Source: Longimicrobiales bacterium (GTDB taxonomy: Bacteria; Gemmatimonadota; Gemmatimonadetes; Longimicrobiales; RSA9). From it: a stretch of 61,590 nt of DNA. This document shows, one piece after another, positions 58,259 to 61,590 of this stretch. The DNA lies in assembly GCA_050732695.1 (NCBI GenBank), contig JBOHRL010000079.1, forward strand, positions 1 through 61,590. Reading direction: 5' to 3'. Positions within the stretch are counted from its first letter, which is position 1. Each line of letters opens with the position of its first letter. The notes beneath the pieces are model-generated. The model worked only from the letters and a program-made list of their open reading frames with translations. It searched no databases and was not told the origin of the DNA. Position numbers and translations under genes: made by a program.

Positions 58259-59830
58259 TTGATGGAAGCGTCGCCGTTGTGCGCGCGGGCGGAACTTTTC
58301 GCTCGTCGTCCTGCCATAGCGGCTGGCGCTCGCACTCTCCGCTATGACGAGCTGGCTGCGCGCTCTCAGGCGGTCGCGCAGGCGCTCCTCGGCAGGCGCG
58401 CCGATCTCGATGGCGAGCGCGTCGCTTTCCTCGTCCAACCCGGCATCGACTGGGTCGTCACACAGTGGGCCATCTGGCGCGCCGGCGGCATGGCGGTTCC
58501 GCTCGCCACCATGCACCCGCCGCCGGAACTTGCGTACGTGATCGAAGACAGCGATGCCGCGACCGTCGTCGCCGATGCGGACGCGGCAAGCCGCGTCGAG
58601 TCGATCGCTCGAGATCTCGGCGCGCGGTTCCTCACCACAGCGCAGCTCGCCGCTTCGGGCGCACAGCCCAGCGACGGTGTGGCTTCCAGCCCCTCCGTCG
58701 CGCAACGTGGCGCTTCCATTCTGTACACGAGTGGTACGACCGGCCGGCCCAAGGGCGTGGTCACGACGCACGCGAACATCGCTGCGGCCGTCGAGACGCT
58801 GGTCGAGGCGTGGGGTTGGAGTGAAGCAGATCGCATCCTCAACGTATTGCCGCTGCATCACGTGCACGGCATCATCAACGTGCTGTCATGCGCCCTGTGG
58901 AGCGGTGCCTGTTGCGAGTTCATGCCTTTCGATGCAAGGCAGGTGTGGCGCCGGTTCGCGAGTGGAGATATCACGCTGTTCATGGCGGTGCCGACGATCT
59001 ATCGCCGGCTGATCGCGGCGTGGGAGGCAGCCCCATCCGGTGAGCGCGCAGCGTGGTCCCGTGGCGCGGGATCACTTCGCCTCATGGTATCCGGTTCTGC
59101 TGCGCTTCCTGTGCCGACGCTCGAGCGCTGGCGCGACATCACCGGTCATACGTTGCTCGAACGTTATGGCATGACGGAGATCGGCATGGCGCTGTCGAAC
59201 CCACTCGAAGGCGAACGGGTGGCCGGGACCGTCGGCACGCCGCTGGGCGGAGTCGAGGCACGACTCGTCGATGCGGCCGGCCAGCCAGTGCTCGCCGGGA
59301 CACCCGGTCAGATCGAAGTGCGCGGACCGCAGGTATTTCTGGAATACTGGCGGCGCCCGGCCGAAACGGCGGCTGCGTTCCGCAACGGTTGGTTCCGCAC
59401 CGGCGACGAGGCCGTCATCGAAGACGGCCGCTGGCGCATCCTCGGTCGCTCGAGCATCGACATCCTGAAAACAGCGGGCTACAAGGTGTCCGCCCTCGAG
59501 ATCGAGGACGTGCTGCGCGGCCACGACGATGTGGCCGACTGCGCTGTGATTGGCCTGCCCGATGAGGATCTGGGGGAACGCGTTGCTGCGGCGATCGTGC
59601 CCGCGGCCGGCGCAGCCATCTCGGTGCCGGCTCTTCTCGAGTGGGTGGCGATGCGGCTCGCACCGTACAAGGTACCGCGCACGGTGCAGCTGGTCGCAGA
59701 ACTGCCGCGCAATGCGATGGGCAAAGTGACCAAGCCCGAAGTGCGCGCGCTGTTCACACAGGAGTATGGAACATCCGCTGGTCAGCGTGGACAACCTGCC
59801 GGCGAGCACGGAGAGCGGGAACGACCATGA
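58259..59830 (+). CDS. AMP-dependent synthetase/ligase (acyl-CoA synthetase, MatB/FadD-like)
   Basis: AMP-binding motif ILYTSGTTGRPKGV, YGMTEIG, GWFRTGDEAVIEDGRWRILGR, and the C-terminal lysine context PRNAMGKVTKPEV. Confidence 0.85.
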   Translation: MMEASPLCARAELFARRPAIAAGARTLRYDELAARSQAVAQALLGRRADLDGERVAFLVQPGIDWVVTQWAIWRAGGMAVPLATMHPPPELAYVIEDSDAATVVADADAASRVESIARDLGARFLTTAQLAASGAQPSDGVASSPSVAQRGASILYTSGTTGRPKGVVTTHANIAAAVETLVEAWGWSEADRILNVLPLHHVHGIINVLSCALWSGACCEFMPFDARQVWRRFASGDITLFMAVPTIYRRLIAAWEAAPSGERAAWSRGAGSLRLMVSGSAALPVPTLERWRDITGHTLLERYGMTEIGMALSNPLEGERVAGTVGTPLGGVEARLVDAAGQPVLAGTPGQIEVRGPQVFLEYWRRPAETAAAFRNGWFRTGDEAVIEDGRWRILGRSSIDILKTAGYKVSALEIEDVLRGHDDVADCAVIGLPDEDLGERVAAAIVPAAGAAISVPALLEWVAMRLAPYKVPRTVQLVAELPRNAMGKVTKPEVRALFTQEYGTSAGQRGQPAGEHGERERP

Positions 59831-60618
59831 CCGTGCTCGTCATCGTACTGTTCGCATTGATGATCTACCTGCTGGGCCTGTTCCTCACGTACAGACATCG
59901 CTTCTATCTGGCCACTGCGAGGGACCAGGGCTACAGGATCCCGACGATGCGGCTTGCCGACTTCGACCCGCACTTCCGCCTGGGTCCGCACGGTCCCACG
60001 CTCGACGCGGAGATCGTGTTCATTGGTGGGGCAGACGCGGTGCCATTCGCCCCGACAGACCGCGAGGCGTGGGTTCTGGGTGTGCTCGCGCGCGATGCTC
60101 ACGCCATGTTCGAGTTCGGTACAGCTACCGGAAAGACCGCCTACTTGATGGCGCGCAATTCACTGCCGGACGCGCGTGTCGTGACGCTCACACTGGCGCC
60201 GGGTGGTACGGTAAGTTATCAGCACGAATCGGGAGATAGCGAGATCGCGCGTACGACGGCGCTCGCGGAGTCGTCATTCGGCGAGTTCCTGTACTCGAGA
60301 ACCCCGGCAGCGGCAAAGATCACGCAGCTCTACGCGGACAGCAAGGAATTCGATCACGCACCGTACCGGGCGTCATGCGATCTGATCTTCGTCGACGGCG
60401 CACACGCGTACTCGTACGTTCTGAGCGACAGCCGCAAGGCGTTCGAGATGCTGGCGCCCGGCGGGATCATCGTATGGCACGATTACAAGAAACGGTCGGG
60501 CCCGCCACGCGACGTGTATCGTGCATTGAACCACCTCGCTCAGAGCCACCGGTTGGTCCGCCTGGCCGGAACCCACATGGTCGCGCACCGCCAGGAGTGG
60601 GACGGAACGACGTTGTAA
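59827..60618 (+). CDS. Class I SAM-dependent methyltransferase with N-terminal TM helix
   Basis: ATG overlaps the upstream stop (ATGA). MTVLVIVLFALMIYLLGLFL TM, then the methyltransferase fold (MFEFGTATGKTAYLMA, DLIFVDGAHAYSYVLSDSRKAFEMLAPGGIIVWHDY). Confidence 0.7.
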   Translation: MTVLVIVLFALMIYLLGLFLTYRHRFYLATARDQGYRIPTMRLADFDPHFRLGPHGPTLDAEIVFIGGADAVPFAPTDREAWVLGVLARDAHAMFEFGTATGKTAYLMARNSLPDARVVTLTLAPGGTVSYQHESGDSEIARTTALAESSFGEFLYSRTPAAAKITQLYADSKEFDHAPYRASCDLIFVDGAHAYSYVLSDSRKAFEMLAPGGIIVWHDYKKRSGPPRDVYRALNHLAQSHRLVRLAGTHMVAHRQEWDGTTL

Positions 60619-60838
60619 CGCGTGAGCGGACCGCGATCACCTGATGTGTGGCCCTGCCTCGCGCTCGCTGTGCAGGTCGCAACTTCGCTCCACTCGCCCG
60701 TTTGGTTCATCCCGCCGCACGCGCAGATCGACCCGGCCCGCTTGCACACCCGGGCGCGGACACCTACCCTTGCTCCCCGGCCGGTAGATGATCGGTGCGC
60801 GTGTGGCGCCCGGCCGCCGCCAACGAGAGGAGGAGTGG

Positions 60839-61552
60839 ATGAAGGTGAGAGAGAAGACGCTCTGGATGCTGCTTGCGCTCGCAGTCGCGGGTTGCGGCGG
60901 TGCCGGCGATGCTGCCGAGGATGAAGCAATGGCAGGAGAAGAGCAGGGCGCGGCGGTTGCGGAGGATCCGGATATCGCGCCTGCCGGCGAAAGCACGGGT
61001 CTGCCCGCAGGGTTCGAGCTGCGTCTCGATAACGCGGACGCAACGGCTGCGGACTATCGAGTCATGGACATGGGCGGAACGCTGCACGTACAGACCGGGC
61101 CGGCCGGCATCCTTTACAATGCGTCGAATACGGCAACGGATGCGGATTTCGAAGCGACTGCCGAGTTCACCGAGGTAGGTGCCCCGGCCGATCACCGCGA
61201 GGCGTACGGCATCTTCGTTGGCGGCAGCGATCTCCAGGGCGCAGGCCAGCAATACACGTATTTCGTGATCCGCGCCACGGGTGAGTACCTGATCAAGCGG
61301 CGTCAGGGTGAAGAGACGACGACGGTCGTCGATTGGACGGCTGCACCGGCCATCACTGCATCGACGGGTGGTGCTGACTTGACCAACGCCCTGTCGGTTC
61401 GGAAGCAGGGCGAGACCGTCCACTTCCTGATCAACGGCACGGAAGTCACGACCGTTCCTGCGGCCGACATCGACACGAACGGCATGGCCGGCGTGCGCGT
61501 GAACCACAACCTGAACGTCATGGTCAACGGCTGGACATTCAGTACGATGTAG
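60839..61552 (+). CDS. Lipoprotein with concanavalin/LamG-like jelly-roll (DUF1080-like)
   Basis: RBS GAGAGGAGG then MKVREKTLWMLLALAVAGC (lipobox). GFELRLDN, EAYGIFVGG, YFVIRATGEYLIKRRQGEETTTVVDW and VHFLINGTEV resemble the DUF1080 / 3-keto-disaccharide hydrolase fold. Confidence 0.5.
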   Translation: MKVREKTLWMLLALAVAGCGGAGDAAEDEAMAGEEQGAAVAEDPDIAPAGESTGLPAGFELRLDNADATAADYRVMDMGGTLHVQTGPAGILYNASNTATDADFEATAEFTEVGAPADHREAYGIFVGGSDLQGAGQQYTYFVIRATGEYLIKRRQGEETTTVVDWTAAPAITASTGGADLTNALSVRKQGETVHFLINGTEVTTVPAADIDTNGMAGVRVNHNLNVMVNGWTFSTM

Positions 61553-61590
61553 TCATTGAATACGATGCAGATGTATCGCACGTGTTCGAG

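Overview
High-GC (~68%) bacterial chromosomal segment. The gene content (several sortilin/BNR-type beta-propeller paralogues, ~800-aa MacB-like permeases, a CBM9/DUF5916 protein, heavy translational coupling) suggests Gemmatimonadota or Acidobacteriota; this is inference only. The window is densely coding on both strands. Main contents, in order:
- A tetR-tolC-mfp-acrB RND efflux operon (minus strand, 3345-9959) with a decayed MacB-like permease remnant downstream that carries 63-bp tandem repeats.
- A YpfJ-type zinc metallopeptidase.
- A membrane sensor adenylate cyclase (HAMP plus class III cyclase) whose ORF runs without a stop into a signal-peptide-like segment and an OMP-like beta-barrel domain. 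It is translationally coupled to an upstream secreted blue-copper (cupredoxin) protein. I consider this the most unusual locus.
- An aldo/keto reductase, a CBM9/DUF5916 protein, a SnoaL-like protein, a flotillin-NfeD pair and an FkpA-type PPIase.
- Two sortilin/BNR paralogues. One is separated from a GAF-HD-GYP c-di-GMP phosphodiesterase gene by a perfect 22-nt inverted repeat flanking 98 bp.
- A DUF1835 protein and a YbaN protein, followed by an ECF sigma / anti-sigma / secreted protein / gamma-glutamyltranspeptidase block.
- A KefB-like antiporter fused to Usp domains, a 5'-3' exonuclease, a GMC oxidoreductase and a full-length MacB-like permease.
- An AttFGH-like ABC ATPase / FtsX permease / AttH lipocalin module.
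- A small Cys-containing secreted protein, an NHL-type beta-propeller lipoprotein (with a paralogue at the window start) and a DsbA-like oxidoreductase cluster.
- A proline-racemase-family enzyme with a Cys/Thr catalytic pair, predicted to be a trans-3-hydroxy-L-proline dehydratase.
- HtrA protease, Trx2-type thioredoxin, acyl-CoA synthetase, a methyltransferase and a DUF1080-like lipoprotein.
No rRNA, tRNA, CRISPR array or recognisable transposase/integrase was found. Several intergenic tandem and inverted repeats and at least two decayed gene remnants are present. Start codons were inferred from signal peptides and RBS-like motifs and are less certain than the reading frames.
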